The notes beneath the pieces are model-generated. The model was given only the letters and a program-made list of their open reading frames with translations, did no database searches and was not told where the DNA came from. Positions 46,489-57,103 of a stretch of 64,000 nucleotides of DNA are shown in pieces. The translations under genes were made by a program, and so were the position numbers. Source of the stretch: a virus. Location: IMG/VR virus record IMGVR_UViG_3300030333_004027, positions 4,087-68,086 of that record. One strand, 5' to 3'. Position 1 is the stretch's first letter, and each line of letters begins with the position of its first letter.

Positions 46489-48189
46489 CTAATAAGTGCT
46501 TGTCTGTAATTGTGCGCCCTTCATCTTAACTTCAATGGCTTTGTTTGCTCCGTCTGCTCTTGAATCATAGAAGGCTTGGAATCCTACAGACATTCGGGCA
46601 GGGTCACGGCCGCTAACCGAGGCAGTAGGGGCTTCAAATCGCACGTTAAAGAGATTAATCTCCAAGTAATCAGAATCATCCCTGTCACCATCTTGGAACT
46701 TAAACTTTAGAGCAGGCTTACCCTTACCACTATGAATCTTGTGAACCGCAGTTGCGGTAGCCAATTCTTCGTAGGTAGGCTCGCCTACAGATGTAGCATC
46801 ATTGTTGTAAAGAATTTCGTTAAACTCCATTGTTCCTGTAATCTCTCTAGTCCTTGAGGGTGGGATTCTCGTAATACTGTTAGAACCTACTGCGTAAGCA
46901 GAATCAAGGTCACGGTTAATGTTAATCTCAAGACTGACCGACTGAATCTTGGTAGTGGTAGCCTCTTGGCCGTCAACATACAACTCCGCGCCGGAGAAGT
47001 GAAGTGCATCTACATCATTACCGGAATAAGAAACATTCTCATTAATTCCGGTTGGTGCTTGTTCTGCTTGTCCGAGGAAGTCCACGGAAGCCATAACATA
47101 CTCGTTTAGGTTTGCGCTGAGAGAAAGTCTTGTAGTCACCATACCTGTAAATGTGTGTTCCTTAGATTCTCTACCAATTCTGATTGTGTAAGATGGGTAA
47201 AACTCATCTTTAGTAGTTGGCTCAAGGAAAATGTGTTGTGTGTCTACACCAAGAGCAGCCTTAGCACCTTCAGGAAGAGCATGGCCCGCATTCTCAAGAG
47301 CGGCTGCTCCGGTAAAGTCTTTGTCCTGCGTTGTAGTAGGCTCTTCCAAATCAAGGTCGCCCGAAAGTCCTGTATGGAATGGGTTAGTAATAAATCCATA
47401 GAATCGACCCGGCTCAATACCATGTAGTTTTGTCCCATTGAAATATTGAATAACGACTATACCTGCCGTGACTGAGGAATTAGGTGTGACTCTATCAGTA
47501 AAGTTTCCATTTGAGTAAGCCTTAGCGCCGGTCAACTTGTTGGCAGCATGGTCTACACCCGAATAACTGAAATAAAACCCGGCATTAGTTGTCCCATCAG
47601 TAGGCGCACCTACAATACCATAGCCCAAGTTAGATGAACTAACGGCCGCACCGTTAACAGTTTCCCAAGCAGAACCGTTGTCGATTGATGCCAATACAAG
47701 GTCGCCGCCGTTATTGCTTGAGGCCAATGGTGTGCCGTAATCGTATCCGCTTCCTGAAGGAACGGCTCCCATTATACCATTCTTAATTTCGTAATATCCT
47801 ATTTCAAGGTTGCTATCAGAAGCATCCTTTATCAGATTAGCAGATACGGTGGAAGATGCTCCCCATCCATATCCCCTGTTTGTGAAAGTAATCTTATCAT
47901 AGAAAGCCTTGTGGATTCTCTTTGGGAAAAACGATGCTATGATGTTCCCCATAAAGTTGTCAGGTTGAACGGCAAAGTTAATTGAACCCTCGGTGTATCG
48001 AGTGTTCGTGACGGCCTTTGAAGCCACCTGCCTTGCCATATCCGACCTTACCAACAAATCGAAAGTTGCTTTAAACGATTCGTCATCAACTTCTCCAAAT
48101 ACCTGTGTTCCTGTAGCCTTTTCTCCATAGGTGTTTTGTCCTTCTTTGTCGATGGAAACATACCTATTTAACCATTCTGCGCCTGCCAT
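46489..48189 (-). CDS. Major tail tube protein with an inserted domain
   Basis: NRYVSI.KE, EGSINF, SYTIRIG, LSLSA, SLEININRDL, REITGTMEF and final GFQAFYD; about 200-aa G/S/N-rich insertion. Confidence 0.85.
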   Translation of the reverse strand: MAGAEWLNRYVSIDKEGQNTYGEKATGTQVFGEVDDESFKATFDLLVRSDMARQVASKAVTNTRYTEGSINFAVQPDNFMGNIIASFFPKRIHKAFYDKITFTNRGYGWGASSTVSANLIKDASDSNLEIGYYEIKNGIMGAVPSGSGYDYGTPLASSNNGGDLVLASIDNGSAWETVNGAAVSSSNLGYGIVGAPTDGTTNAGFYFSYSGVDHAANKLTGAKAYSNGNFTDRVTPNSSVTAGIVVIQYFNGTKLHGIEPGRFYGFITNPFHTGLSGDLDLEEPTTTQDKDFTGAAALENAGHALPEGAKAALGVDTQHIFLEPTTKDEFYPSYTIRIGRESKEHTFTGMVTTRLSLSANLNEYVMASVDFLGQAEQAPTGINENVSYSGNDVDALHFSGAELYVDGQEATTTKIQSVSLEININRDLDSAYAVGSNSITRIPPSRTREITGTMEFNEILYNNDATSVGEPTYEELATATAVHKIHSGKGKPALKFKFQDGDRDDSDYLEINLFNVRFEAPTASVSGRDPARMSVGFQAFYDSRADGANKAIEVKMKGAQLQTSTY

Positions 48190-48236
48190 GATGATACCTC
48201 TATGCTACAGGCTAGACCGACAATGACGTATAAATA

Positions 48237-49301
48237 TTACCGCCTTGTCATCTTTATTCTGCGTCTGTATGTTAGGTTTAATTGATGCACGCAGACGGTT
48301 TCATCGTCATCCATTTTGCTATCAAGAATCATATTATAACTTTCTATATTGTCTGTAGTAGCCGCCAAACCGGTCGTTGTGTATAATTCGTCAAACGCCT
48401 CTCCCATTATATTTAAGCCTAATCTAAATGCCTCTTCATAATTTGTTCCTTTCGTAGTGACATAGATTGCTATTTCATACAGTTGCTCTATAGATGAGCC
48501 GCCTAGTGTATCAAACTGCGGTGAAGATACATTTTGAAATAACACATGAATAGAAGGAGTCATTAATCTGTTAATCATCTGAGAAGATAAATCATACCCA
48601 TATATAATAGATGAATCTTTAACGTATTTCTTAATGTATGGCCTAGAGCAAGCCTTCAAAGTATCGACAACGGAAATACCCATTCTTGCTAATGTGTCCT
48701 GTGCAAAATCTGAAAGCATTAACTCTTCAGGGTTGAATGCGCCAAACTTACTATAGTATATAGCAAACCAATTTACTGAACCACTTGTGTTTCCTATAGA
48801 GCAATTACCTGCGCTTGTATTAGAGCCGACAACCGAATAAAAAGCATCGTTGCCATCGGTATCTCTAAGAATCTCATGTATGTATAAGTTGGCCCTGCCC
48901 GCAGAATCCATAGTTAGTCTTAGCATTAAAGGAACTGCATTGTCTTCTGCCATAGCCAAATCCAAATCGGATATTGTGACTGTAGTTGCGCCTACTAAAT
49001 CCAATTGCGTATTATTACCTTTAGATTTTACCTGCACCCTCTTAACCCCGTTGTCTAGTGTCATTAAGACTGCATCTGCTTCAGGAGCAGTATTGTAAGA
49101 AATCATACTTACTAGTGTCATAGAAGTAGCAAACTCAATATTATAAGTAGCGGCAGTATTTACCCATGCGCCATTTGATGCTGAACCGCCACTACCTGTT
49201 TTACTCCATGAGTCATTCGTATTTGTGGTGTCAGGAGAAGTAGGCTGCTCGCCTCTTACTCTTGAGTTCCAATATTGTGTTTTGTTTGCTACTGCCATCA
49301 A
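48237..49301 (-). CDS. Tail terminator/completion protein with an N-terminal lectin-like beta domain
   Basis: Located before the tail tube; C-terminal about 150 aa are terminator-like (PSIHV...YEIAIYV...LNLTY). Confidence 0.6.
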   Translation of the reverse strand: MMAVANKTQYWNSRVRGEQPTSPDTTNTNDSWSKTGSGGSASNGAWVNTAATYNIEFATSMTLVSMISYNTAPEADAVLMTLDNGVKRVQVKSKGNNTQLDLVGATTVTISDLDLAMAEDNAVPLMLRLTMDSAGRANLYIHEILRDTDGNDAFYSVVGSNTSAGNCSIGNTSGSVNWFAIYYSKFGAFNPEELMLSDFAQDTLARMGISVVDTLKACSRPYIKKYVKDSSIIYGYDLSSQMINRLMTPSIHVLFQNVSSPQFDTLGGSSIEQLYEIAIYVTTKGTNYEEAFRLGLNIMGEAFDELYTTTGLAATTDNIESYNMILDSKMDDDETVCVHQLNLTYRRRIKMTRR

Positions 49302-50107
49302 AATTCCCCCAACGTAGTTTGTCTCCCGCCCGATTCCGGTATTGTGATATTTTCTATTTTTCTTTTTAACATTTCGGCGGTCCCATTAAGATTGTTTCTA
49401 AAATTTCGTTCATATCGAGAAATACTATTAAGCCCCTTCCATCCCTTTCTCATAACTTTTGGTGGTGATTTATCTTTTCTTTTTTGGTTTTTACCATAAC
49501 CCTTCATAGCATAAAAGGCCGCACCTCTCCAATCTAATATATTTTTTTGTTTCCACTTGGCATTTAATTCTCCGGGTCTAACAAAACCCGTATCTTTTGC
49601 ATCGGATATAATACCTGTCACTTCAAACGGACCACTAGTTCTTTCATAAATAGCAGTTAATGATGGGTCTGATTTTTTCATGCCCTTTGCTCTAATACCT
49701 GTAGGGTCGCCTCTCATTGATGATTTTCTTTCAACCATATTTAGACCCTCATCGCGGTCGTAAGACCCTGCACCCAATTGATACCTGTCTTTTGTTGCGT
49801 GCTTAAAATGATAACCCAAAGAATTACCAACCATAACAGCAGCAGAACTTTTGCTACCCCCACCAAAAAGACGACTTCTCCCGGCTCTTTCTCTTACAGA
49901 TTGATTAGCAATATCGTTTCCTGTTTTATGTGCTGCTGCCGCTAATTGTTGTTTAATATGCTCTCTTGCGGTTCTATTTACTTCATCTCTTATGGCTTTT
50001 ATTTTTTGATTTACTTCTTCTTTATCAAATTTAATAGTAGTGCTAAGAGGACCATCACTAAGGATACTAACCTCGCCTGCCCCACCCATTATTCTTGCGC
50101 TTACCAT
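49298..50107 (-). CDS. Neck/tail completion protein (HK97 gp10-like)
   Basis: Basic 269-aa ORF between the adaptor and the terminator. Confidence 0.5.
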   Translation of the reverse strand: MVSARIMGGAGEVSILSDGPLSTTIKFDKEEVNQKIKAIRDEVNRTAREHIKQQLAAAAHKTGNDIANQSVRERAGRSRLFGGGSKSSAAVMVGNSLGYHFKHATKDRYQLGAGSYDRDEGLNMVERKSSMRGDPTGIRAKGMKKSDPSLTAIYERTSGPFEVTGIISDAKDTGFVRPGELNAKWKQKNILDWRGAAFYAMKGYGKNQKRKDKSPPKVMRKGWKGLNSISRYERNFRNNLNGTAEMLKRKIENITIPESGGRQTTLGEF

Positions 50108-50116
50108 GCTTTCACC

Positions 50117-51331
50117 TTAATATACAGAACCAAGATGTGCAAGCCTTCGTAAATTCATAGTGCCTCTTTCTCTCAATACTCCGCCTCTCAAACTCTCGCC
50201 GCCTGTAAAGAACGTGCCTTCATCTTCCATGTAGTAGGCCGCAGCAAGGTCAGCACATATCTCTCGGAGAACGTGTGCCATTTCTGAATCTTGTATATTG
50301 ACTCCGCTTGCGTGGTCTGCGGATATGTTTGTCACGCCTGTCAAACGATTAAAGGTAAAAGTAGGAGTAATAGAGGCTGAACCATTACCTGAATGTGAAA
50401 TAACAATAGCCGTTGGTGCTACTGTGTATTCACCACCATTAGTTATATTTGTGCTAGAAATAACACCGTTATTATTTAGGACTGCGGCTACTGTTGCGTT
50501 GCCAAAGGAAGAAGAAGAAGTCACGGTAGGAGTTGAAGCATACTTGGTAGTATCGCTAACTGAAATGGATTGTATTTGTCCTGTGCTTGCCAATACCGCA
50601 GTTAGAGTGTTATCACCAAAGTCTGTGCTATTACTTGCTGCTACTGTGGGCGCAGAAGCAAAGTAAGCGGTGCTTGTGACTTGAATGTTAGATATTACAC
50701 CGTCAGCAACCGTAAATGTCCCGCCTGTTCCACCGTTTAAGGTAAAAGTGCCGGGGCCGTGAAGACCGCCGCTTTGGTCCCTTGCGTTTTGGTTAGAGCC
50801 ACCTAGAGAAATAGAAGCCACCTGAAAATGAACGGGATAAGCACCCTTGCTTACACCATTAACCAAAAGGTTCCCTGCTTGGGCGGTAGTGTTGGTTCCA
50901 CCTACTGTGTAAGAAGCAGTCGTAGCACTTATTCCATACGTGCCTGTAAAGCCGCTTCCTGTGCCGCCTGTGGCCGTCAAAGACCCTGCTTGGTAGGTAT
51001 CCCCCCCTGCCGCAATAGACAGGCTAGAAACGGCTCCATCTTTGCCTGTCCATTTGAACGAGTCGCCGTCTATACTTCCGCTTCCTGACGTAGCAAAATC
51101 ATTTGCGTTGACTACACCGATAGTAGTATCCTCAACATTGACTGCGCCGCTTGTGGTGGATTCTCCCTGTTCCCTACTAGGCACGTTGCGCCCGTAATCA
51201 CGAAACTCTTGGTCTATATCAATACTAGCCCTGCGAATAGCAGAAGACAATTTAGATGCTGCTGATGTGCGTTGTGCGCTATTTAAACCCAATCTTTGAC
51301 CTACATCACTAGACGAACAATAAGATACCAT
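50117..51331 (-). CDS. Head-tail adaptor with a large beta-rich insertion
   Basis: N-terminal YCSSSDV..RL...AI.RAS.DID and C-terminal LREICADLAAAYY flank about 290 aa of G/S/T-rich sequence. Confidence 0.75.
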   Translation of the reverse strand: MVSYCSSSDVGQRLGLNSAQRTSAASKLSSAIRRASIDIDQEFRDYGRNVPSREQGESTTSGAVNVEDTTIGVVNANDFATSGSGSIDGDSFKWTGKDGAVSSLSIAAGGDTYQAGSLTATGGTGSGFTGTYGISATTASYTVGGTNTTAQAGNLLVNGVSKGAYPVHFQVASISLGGSNQNARDQSGGLHGPGTFTLNGGTGGTFTVADGVISNIQVTSTAYFASAPTVAASNSTDFGDNTLTAVLASTGQIQSISVSDTTKYASTPTVTSSSSFGNATVAAVLNNNGVISSTNITNGGEYTVAPTAIVISHSGNGSASITPTFTFNRLTGVTNISADHASGVNIQDSEMAHVLREICADLAAAYYMEDEGTFFTGGESLRGGVLRERGTMNLRRLAHLGSVY

Positions 51332-51485
51332 TTATTACCACCAACACTCCTATAGCGTAAAGCATACGCTTCTGCATTCGCTTGTAGCCATTAAGTGATT
51401 CTTCAAGGTTTTGAATAGAGTGTTCAAGCCTTGTCACTTTTGCTTCGACCCATTTGAACCAAGCAGCCGCCATGCGCCCACTCAT
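51309..51485 (-). CDS. Small coiled-coil protein with a C-terminal TM helix
   Basis: Manual translation: MSGRMAAAW...VTRLEHSIQNLEE...MLYAIGVLVVINGILLFV; ATGA overlap. Confidence 0.6.
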   Translation of the reverse strand: MSGRMAAAWFKWVEAKVTRLEHSIQNLEESLNGYKRMQKRMLYAIGVLVVINGILLFV

Positions 51486-51844
51486 TGTGCTTCCTCAAGG
51501 CGAGCAACTAGGTCGGCTTTCTTACCACCAACAGGAAGTCCCTTCTCCTTGAGCATAGCCTTCAACTCGGCCACATTATACTTGTCGTAAGCCTCTTCAA
51601 GAACTTCTATGTGTTCCTCGGCTTCTTCTACCTTGTCCTTTGCTTCATCAACTGCGTCAAGCAATTCATCAAGAGTAATTTTCCCATCTGCCATCATTGA
51701 TTTGTATTTTTGGTATCCCCATGCAGCAAGAGCAAGAAGCGCACCGCCCGCTACTAGAACCATTTCTATGTCTTCTAGTAGGCCGGAAGAAGCCTCAACA
51801 CAATCTGCTACACAATCTGCTACTGTTGTATTATTTTCACTCAT
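51482..51844 (-). CDS. Membrane protein with an EF-hand-like loop and a C-terminal SAP domain
   Basis: TM MVLVAGGALLALAAWGY; ADGKITLDEL; SAP motif YNVAELKAMLKEKGLPVGGKKADLVARL. Start set by the AGGTGA SD. Confidence 0.75.
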   Translation of the reverse strand: MSENNTTVADCVADCVEASSGLLEDIEMVLVAGGALLALAAWGYQKYKSMMADGKITLDELLDAVDEAKDKVEEAEEHIEVLEEAYDKYNVAELKAMLKEKGLPVGGKKADLVARLEEAQ

Positions 51845-51849
51845 ATTTC

Positions 51850-52017
51850 TCACCTTTCATATATTATTTGTTTGACTGCGGACATTGGTATTACTGTAAA
51901 GTGTCTATCATCTCCGGGTCGGTAAAGTTTGTAGCCATGAGGTGTTTCTTCAATGTTTACCTTTGTATACGACTTTTCGGGGGGAGAATATACTATTTTT
52001 CCTAATCTTCCCACCAT
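51850..52017 (-). CDS. Hypothetical 55-aa protein
   Basis: Manual translation: MVGRLGKIVYSPP...IPMSAVKQIIYER. Confidence 0.55.
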   Translation of the reverse strand: MVGRLGKIVYSPPEKSYTKVNIEETPHGYKLYRPGDDRHFTVIPMSAVKQIIYER

Positions 52018-52097
52018 CTTATCACATTCCCGCTATGGTTTAAGGGCGAATTATCGCTCCGATTTTTTCTAAAATCCATCGTGCAAACCCATCCACA

Positions 52098-52316
52098 TCA
52101 GTCATCAGATTCATCCTCGGCCTCATCTTCACTTGGCTCAAGATTCATCTCTTCGTTGCGGCTTGCTACTTGTTGAGAAATTTCCATAATGTCTTGCTTT
52201 AATGCTCTTAGCACCATATCAATATCATTCACGGCTTTCTCCATTAGTCGCATATAAACCAGCCTGTCCGAAGCAACCTGTCTTATCATGTCTAACTCAC
52301 TCATCTCTTCACTCAT
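52098..52316 (-). CDS. Hypothetical coiled-coil protein with an acidic tail
   Basis: ATG 28 nt after TTAAATAG. Confidence 0.65.
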   Translation of the reverse strand: MSEEMSELDMIRQVASDRLVYMRLMEKAVNDIDMVLRALKQDIMEISQQVASRNEEMNLEPSEDEAEDESDD

Positions 52317-52347
52317 ATATACGACTCGCATATACTCTATTTAAGGG

Positions 52348-52530
52348 TTATGTCTCTTCACAAGAGCATTCTTGTTCCATTACAGTATATACATCTCCAT
52401 CACCTATGTTTTCTTCGACAATAAATAACTTACAAACAGGACATTCTGCATACGCTTTGATATGAGAAACATCTGCCATAATATTATGTTTTTGTTGTTC
52501 TGTTAAATTCTTATGGACTACCGCCATCAA
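52348..52530 (-). CDS. Small Cys-containing protein
   Basis: CPVC...CSC; overlaps the fibre gene stop. Confidence 0.55.
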   Translation of the reverse strand: MMAVVHKNLTEQQKHNIMADVSHIKAYAECPVCKLFIVEENIGDGDVYTVMEQECSCEET

Positions 52531-54503
52531 TTACCACCTTCCAATTCTTTTACTCTTGCACTCAATTCTTGCACCGCCTTAACAAGATAGCCCACTACCC
52601 CTGCGGTCTTGATTGTTTTCTCTCCTTCTTCCCCTCTAACCAAATCAGGCAATACTTCCTCGACTTCCTGTGCTATAAACCCTGCGCTTGGTTGGTTATT
52701 TTCCTCAACATTCCAATTAAAAGTGACAGGATTGAGTTTTTCAATCATACCTAAACCATTTGGTATAGTTTTAATATTAGATTTTAATGCTACATCGGAT
52801 GTATCATTGAAATTACCGTCAATCTCTAAATCATTCTTAATTACCATAGCAGTTGATACATCTTGATTTGAAGATACGGAACCATATACCTTGAATACCA
52901 TTTTGTGTTTCATACTCCAAGCACTTTGAGAAACAACGGCAATAGATGAGAACTTCCTTCCTTCGGTTGTAGTTCCCCAACCACTCAGTTTGAATTTCAA
53001 ACCTACGCCAGCATAGTTAGCAGAAGAGTTTGTGTTTGTTCCATTAACTAATTGAAGGGGGAATGTTGTGCCATTTCCTGTGGCTTGCGCCCCTACTGAA
53101 AAACACCTACCGAAATCTTGTTGATTCATCTGCGCTCCGCCATCGTTCAAGACATATAGTGAGGCTTGGTCTGAATCGGCGTCATGTTCTCGTATTCGGA
53201 ATAAATCTTGGTCGGAGTTGGCATCGTCTTTATCTCTAACAAGATACAAACCTACACCGCTTGTTGATGTGACAGTCCATTCGGGATTGCTTGCCAAGTT
53301 AGCATCAGCATCTATGCTACCGCCACCACCGCTTTCATCGGCCCATTCTAAGACTGTTCCACTTGAAGGCCATTTGAGAACTTGGCCCGAAGTTCCTGCT
53401 GTTCCGGGTATAACATAAGCGTTGTTGTTCGTTATTCCGCTTCCATCTGATAGAATTTCAAATCTTTCGACTGCCGAACCGCTTGAAATATCACTTCTTC
53501 CTGAGTAAAATTTCAAATGGTTATCATCTTCTATTCTCCAATCTGTATAGCCGTCACCACTACCCCATGTATCATGCGTGCCTCTCATCAACTCAATTCT
53601 TGGTAATGGACCTGAGTTAGTATCAGAATGAACGGTAATAGTTGGATGAGCGGCGTTTTGTCGCATAATGAGATGACCATCCTTGTCAATCCGAACTGCT
53701 TCGGTAAGAGTTCCATCCTTTGAAGTTTGGAATGTCATGTAGCCATCTTCTGAATTGTTTGTGGAATCTTGTATATTTCCTGTTATCCTAGCATACTCAT
53801 GTCCTGATGATGCACTAACCGAATCACCAAATTCCCATTTGATTGCCGCACCATAATTTGCACCTGTAGCATCTCTTCTCAATACTAGATGTGCCTCATT
53901 AGTAGTATCGTATATCGTAGTGTCACCGGAAACATGAAGTTTTGAAACCGGAGAGGTATTCCCTATTCCTACCTTACCTTCAAAGAAGGCTGCATATCCA
54001 TATTGGTCTGCCCTATCTGTTTTTACATGAAGAACAGCACTATCGTTGTATGCATGGTCATCATGGAAATATACCAATGGAGTGCTAGTAGAATCATCGT
54101 TTCTGTAAACTTTCAACCCATGTGCTGAACCATCGCTTTGTGTAATTTCCACTTTACCATCTGCTAAAGTTAAATCACTCAATGTAGCGACCCCTGCTGA
54201 TGATACAGTCCAATTAGGAGAATCAATAATAATGTCATTTCCACCAAGAGAAGATTTTCCTATTGTTAAATCTTGAGCAGCCACCGAGTATATCCTACTA
54301 CCATAGTCAAATACCAAATCAACGGCTTGCGTTCCATCTCCAATGTGTATATCCTCACTTGTATCCCCAATACCAATTAGCCCTGTGGAAGTAATCTGAA
54401 GATTGCCTGACCCATCTAACTCTATTTTACCGTCAATGTTTCCATTACTATCTTTAAACTCAATCTTCCGTGAGGCCGGAGTAATCAACACATCATCTGA
54501 CAT
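52527..54503 (-). CDS. Tail fibre with a C-terminal peptidase S74 intramolecular chaperone
   Basis: GKVGIGNTSP..KLHV repeat; TSD..LK.NI...L.PV.F.W...GFIAQEV...LVKAVQEL. Confidence 0.88.
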   Translation of the reverse strand: MSDDVLITPASRKIEFKDSNGNIDGKIELDGSGNLQITSTGLIGIGDTSEDIHIGDGTQAVDLVFDYGSRIYSVAAQDLTIGKSSLGGNDIIIDSPNWTVSSAGVATLSDLTLADGKVEITQSDGSAHGLKVYRNDDSTSTPLVYFHDDHAYNDSAVLHVKTDRADQYGYAAFFEGKVGIGNTSPVSKLHVSGDTTIYDTTNEAHLVLRRDATGANYGAAIKWEFGDSVSASSGHEYARITGNIQDSTNNSEDGYMTFQTSKDGTLTEAVRIDKDGHLIMRQNAAHPTITVHSDTNSGPLPRIELMRGTHDTWGSGDGYTDWRIEDDNHLKFYSGRSDISSGSAVERFEILSDGSGITNNNAYVIPGTAGTSGQVLKWPSSGTVLEWADESGGGGSIDADANLASNPEWTVTSTSGVGLYLVRDKDDANSDQDLFRIREHDADSDQASLYVLNDGGAQMNQQDFGRCFSVGAQATGNGTTFPLQLVNGTNTNSSANYAGVGLKFKLSGWGTTTEGRKFSSIAVVSQSAWSMKHKMVFKVYGSVSSNQDVSTAMVIKNDLEIDGNFNDTSDVALKSNIKTIPNGLGMIEKLNPVTFNWNVEENNQPSAGFIAQEVEEVLPDLVRGEEGEKTIKTAGVVGYLVKAVQELSARVKELEGGN

Positions 54504-57103
54504 TAGTTAATTCCCCCCCATCTTCGTTGTAGCGCACCGTGACTTGTTCCATACCTAGCAACTGTTAAGTTAGTTTCGCTTGAATTTCCTAGCATCATGT
54601 CTCTATGAACCGGCATATTATCTAACCATACCTGTATCGGTTTGAGATAAAAACCTTCTGCGGCATCAGTATCATTAGTATTTACACCGGCTTGAATAAA
54701 CCTTGAGAATGGAACTGCTGGAACTGTCAAGTCTTTATCTTGCCAGCCGGTGTTGCTTTCAAAAGAATCAAACTGCACACCTTCTGTATGTGGTGACACC
54801 ATACTCAATCCTTCATTCGCCGTTCCGGTCCACGGGTCGCTTGCATCAGTAGTCCAATCACCAAGAATACCGTGTGCCGTTGAAACATAGGCATAAGGTT
54901 CAGTTCCACTAAAACCACTTACAGGCTTACAACTTACTCTTAGCCTTAAAGTAGCATTGGCGGGAACATGAATAAACTCACGCAAAGCAGTTCTTTCACT
55001 ATCATCGTGAAAAGTTCTTTGGACTAAGTAAGCCTGTTCGCTCTCAACCCAATACCAACGCAGATAGTATGAGTAATTAACAACCTTATCATATTCAAAG
55101 TCTGCTTCAAACACCCTACAAATTGCGCTACCGCTAGAATATCCTTGCCTACCACCATAAGAAGAACCCGATGTTCTGTGATTTCCGGGGTTAGCACTAT
55201 CTATTCCCCTAAACCTAGAGTTGAAAATTACGAAATCTCCATGTCCTACTTCACTCATATATGGTCCTTCGTATAAAGCATCCTTTACATCTATTTTCCA
55301 CATACTACCTGTATATCCGGTATGACGATTTATTCTGATTGGGTCATTATCCACACAATTCATTATAATATTATGAACTCCCCTACCGGGATTGTAAGTA
55401 GGGTCTATGTAAATACCTCTAGTCCCTACTCTATTAAGATAACAATAAGCAACTTCGTGTTGGTAATGCGTTCCTTGAATCCTCAGTCCTCTATACTCAT
55501 TTTGTTGGGCTATGCAATTATAGATTCTTTGTCCGGGGTCCCAATGGGTTGTAAATCCATCCCTGCCATTTACCGTCACGCAAGCCCTAGCAGTTCCATT
55601 CCTATAATCGTAAAGCCACATACCGGAATAGTCCCTTACTGCACCATTACGATTTATCATTGTCGTGCAGCCTTCAATCCAACCTTCTGTAGTCATAGAT
55701 TGATATTCAGAAGCAGAAGTGACAGGAGTGACAGGCATATCATTAGTGCTATAATAGCCTCTTATTGTCACGCCACCATATACGTTGCTTGCAGTATTAG
55801 TGCCTATATTCTTGAACCAAACATCTTTTAGGAACAAAGTTCTATTATAATTACCGCTATAATGTTCACAATATACATAGGCTTCGTTTGTGGAAGTCGC
55901 CACATCATTAGCACCTGTATTCACAGTCCCTACAACACAGTCTCTAGTTAAGCGAGTGACAATAGCCCCTGCCGGAGCATTGTAGCCTATTGCGGCAGTT
56001 AAAGTTAGGTTATTACTACTTCTGCTTTGCACTATATGTCTAGTCTCATGCACATTCCAATCTCTATTGCTGGTGCTTCCAGCAACCTGCAAAGGACATT
56101 CAATAGTAATTACATCGCCAGCCTCAAATTCTTCATCCTGAGCCACCGTAATAATAGTATCTGTTGAAGTCTTAGCGGTAGTTAGAACCGTAGCAATTTT
56201 TCTAACCCTACTATTATCTCTATGTGGCTTTTCAAACCCTGTTTTATAGACCATAGTTCCAGCCGCATTTGTCCCTGCAATAGAGTAAGCGTTAGAAGCA
56301 TGGTCGTGAACTATCAAAGTCATTACATGAGTATCATAATTTATGGTTCCTATTTTAGCGACATTCATATTCTGTCCTGTTCCCCAAATAATTTTTTCAC
56401 CTACCCTGAAAACTTTAGAGTTAGTCACTACTATAGCGTTAGCACTAGTTACTTGTGCTACTGCTAAACTTACATCATCAGGCCCAACAAAATGTCGGAA
56501 ATAAATATCATTATTAGAAATATTATGAATCCACATTCCTTCGTCTTCATATCTTGAACCATCATAGTCTCCCGTAGTGCTTGTGTTATCTAACGCATAA
56601 ACGCCTATCCATTCACCTGCCGCAAACTTACTAGCATCAACAGCATCTATTTTTATATCTCCTATATTTGAGGCTGAGTCTGTTTTAGTGACGGGCATAC
56701 CTGTTGTGCCTTCTGCTATCCAATGTGCATTTTGTTGATTCTCCATAAATAATCCTCTTGCGCTACTTTCACCACCAACAAATAGTATTCTTGAGCCGGA
56801 TTTTTGATGTAGGGTTCCATTGATTAACATTTTACCTGACATTTCCATCTTGCCGTTTCCACTATCCGCTAACCCGTTTCCATCACCTGCACCATGCACT
56901 AAAATACCCCCCGTATTTATTGTGACATTTCCTATGGTATTTACTAAATTAGTAGTATAAGTCACCGTGTGGCCGTTTGCTATGGTTGCATTATCTCCTG
57001 TGCCTGTGGGAGTGCCGCCCCCACCCCAAGTAGATGCGCTAGTCCAAGACCCGCTTTGAGTGCTTGTATAACTAGCCATTATATTCCACCACCATTTTAT
57101 CAA
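54503..57103 (-). CDS. Tailspike-like protein with a parallel beta-helix
   Basis: SGSWT.ASTWGG...P...D.ATI..GHTVT (G8-like start) and a repetitive N/G/I beta-helix segment. True start is probably the downstream MASYTS. Confidence 0.7.
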   Translation of the reverse strand: MIKWWWNIMASYTSTQSGSWTSASTWGGGGTPTGTGDNATIANGHTVTYTTNLVNTIGNVTINTGGILVHGAGDGNGLADSGNGKMEMSGKMLINGTLHQKSGSRILFVGGESSARGLFMENQQNAHWIAEGTTGMPVTKTDSASNIGDIKIDAVDASKFAAGEWIGVYALDNTSTTGDYDGSRYEDEGMWIHNISNNDIYFRHFVGPDDVSLAVAQVTSANAIVVTNSKVFRVGEKIIWGTGQNMNVAKIGTINYDTHVMTLIVHDHASNAYSIAGTNAAGTMVYKTGFEKPHRDNSRVRKIATVLTTAKTSTDTIITVAQDEEFEAGDVITIECPLQVAGSTSNRDWNVHETRHIVQSRSSNNLTLTAAIGYNAPAGAIVTRLTRDCVVGTVNTGANDVATSTNEAYVYCEHYSGNYNRTLFLKDVWFKNIGTNTASNVYGGVTIRGYYSTNDMPVTPVTSASEYQSMTTEGWIEGCTTMINRNGAVRDYSGMWLYDYRNGTARACVTVNGRDGFTTHWDPGQRIYNCIAQQNEYRGLRIQGTHYQHEVAYCYLNRVGTRGIYIDPTYNPGRGVHNIIMNCVDNDPIRINRHTGYTGSMWKIDVKDALYEGPYMSEVGHGDFVIFNSRFRGIDSANPGNHRTSGSSYGGRQGYSSGSAICRVFEADFEYDKVVNYSYYLRWYWVESEQAYLVQRTFHDDSERTALREFIHVPANATLRLRVSCKPVSGFSGTEPYAYVSTAHGILGDWTTDASDPWTGTANEGLSMVSPHTEGVQFDSFESNTGWQDKDLTVPAVPFSRFIQAGVNTNDTDAAEGFYLKPIQVWLDNMPVHRDMMLGNSSETNLTVARYGTSHGALQRRWGGIN

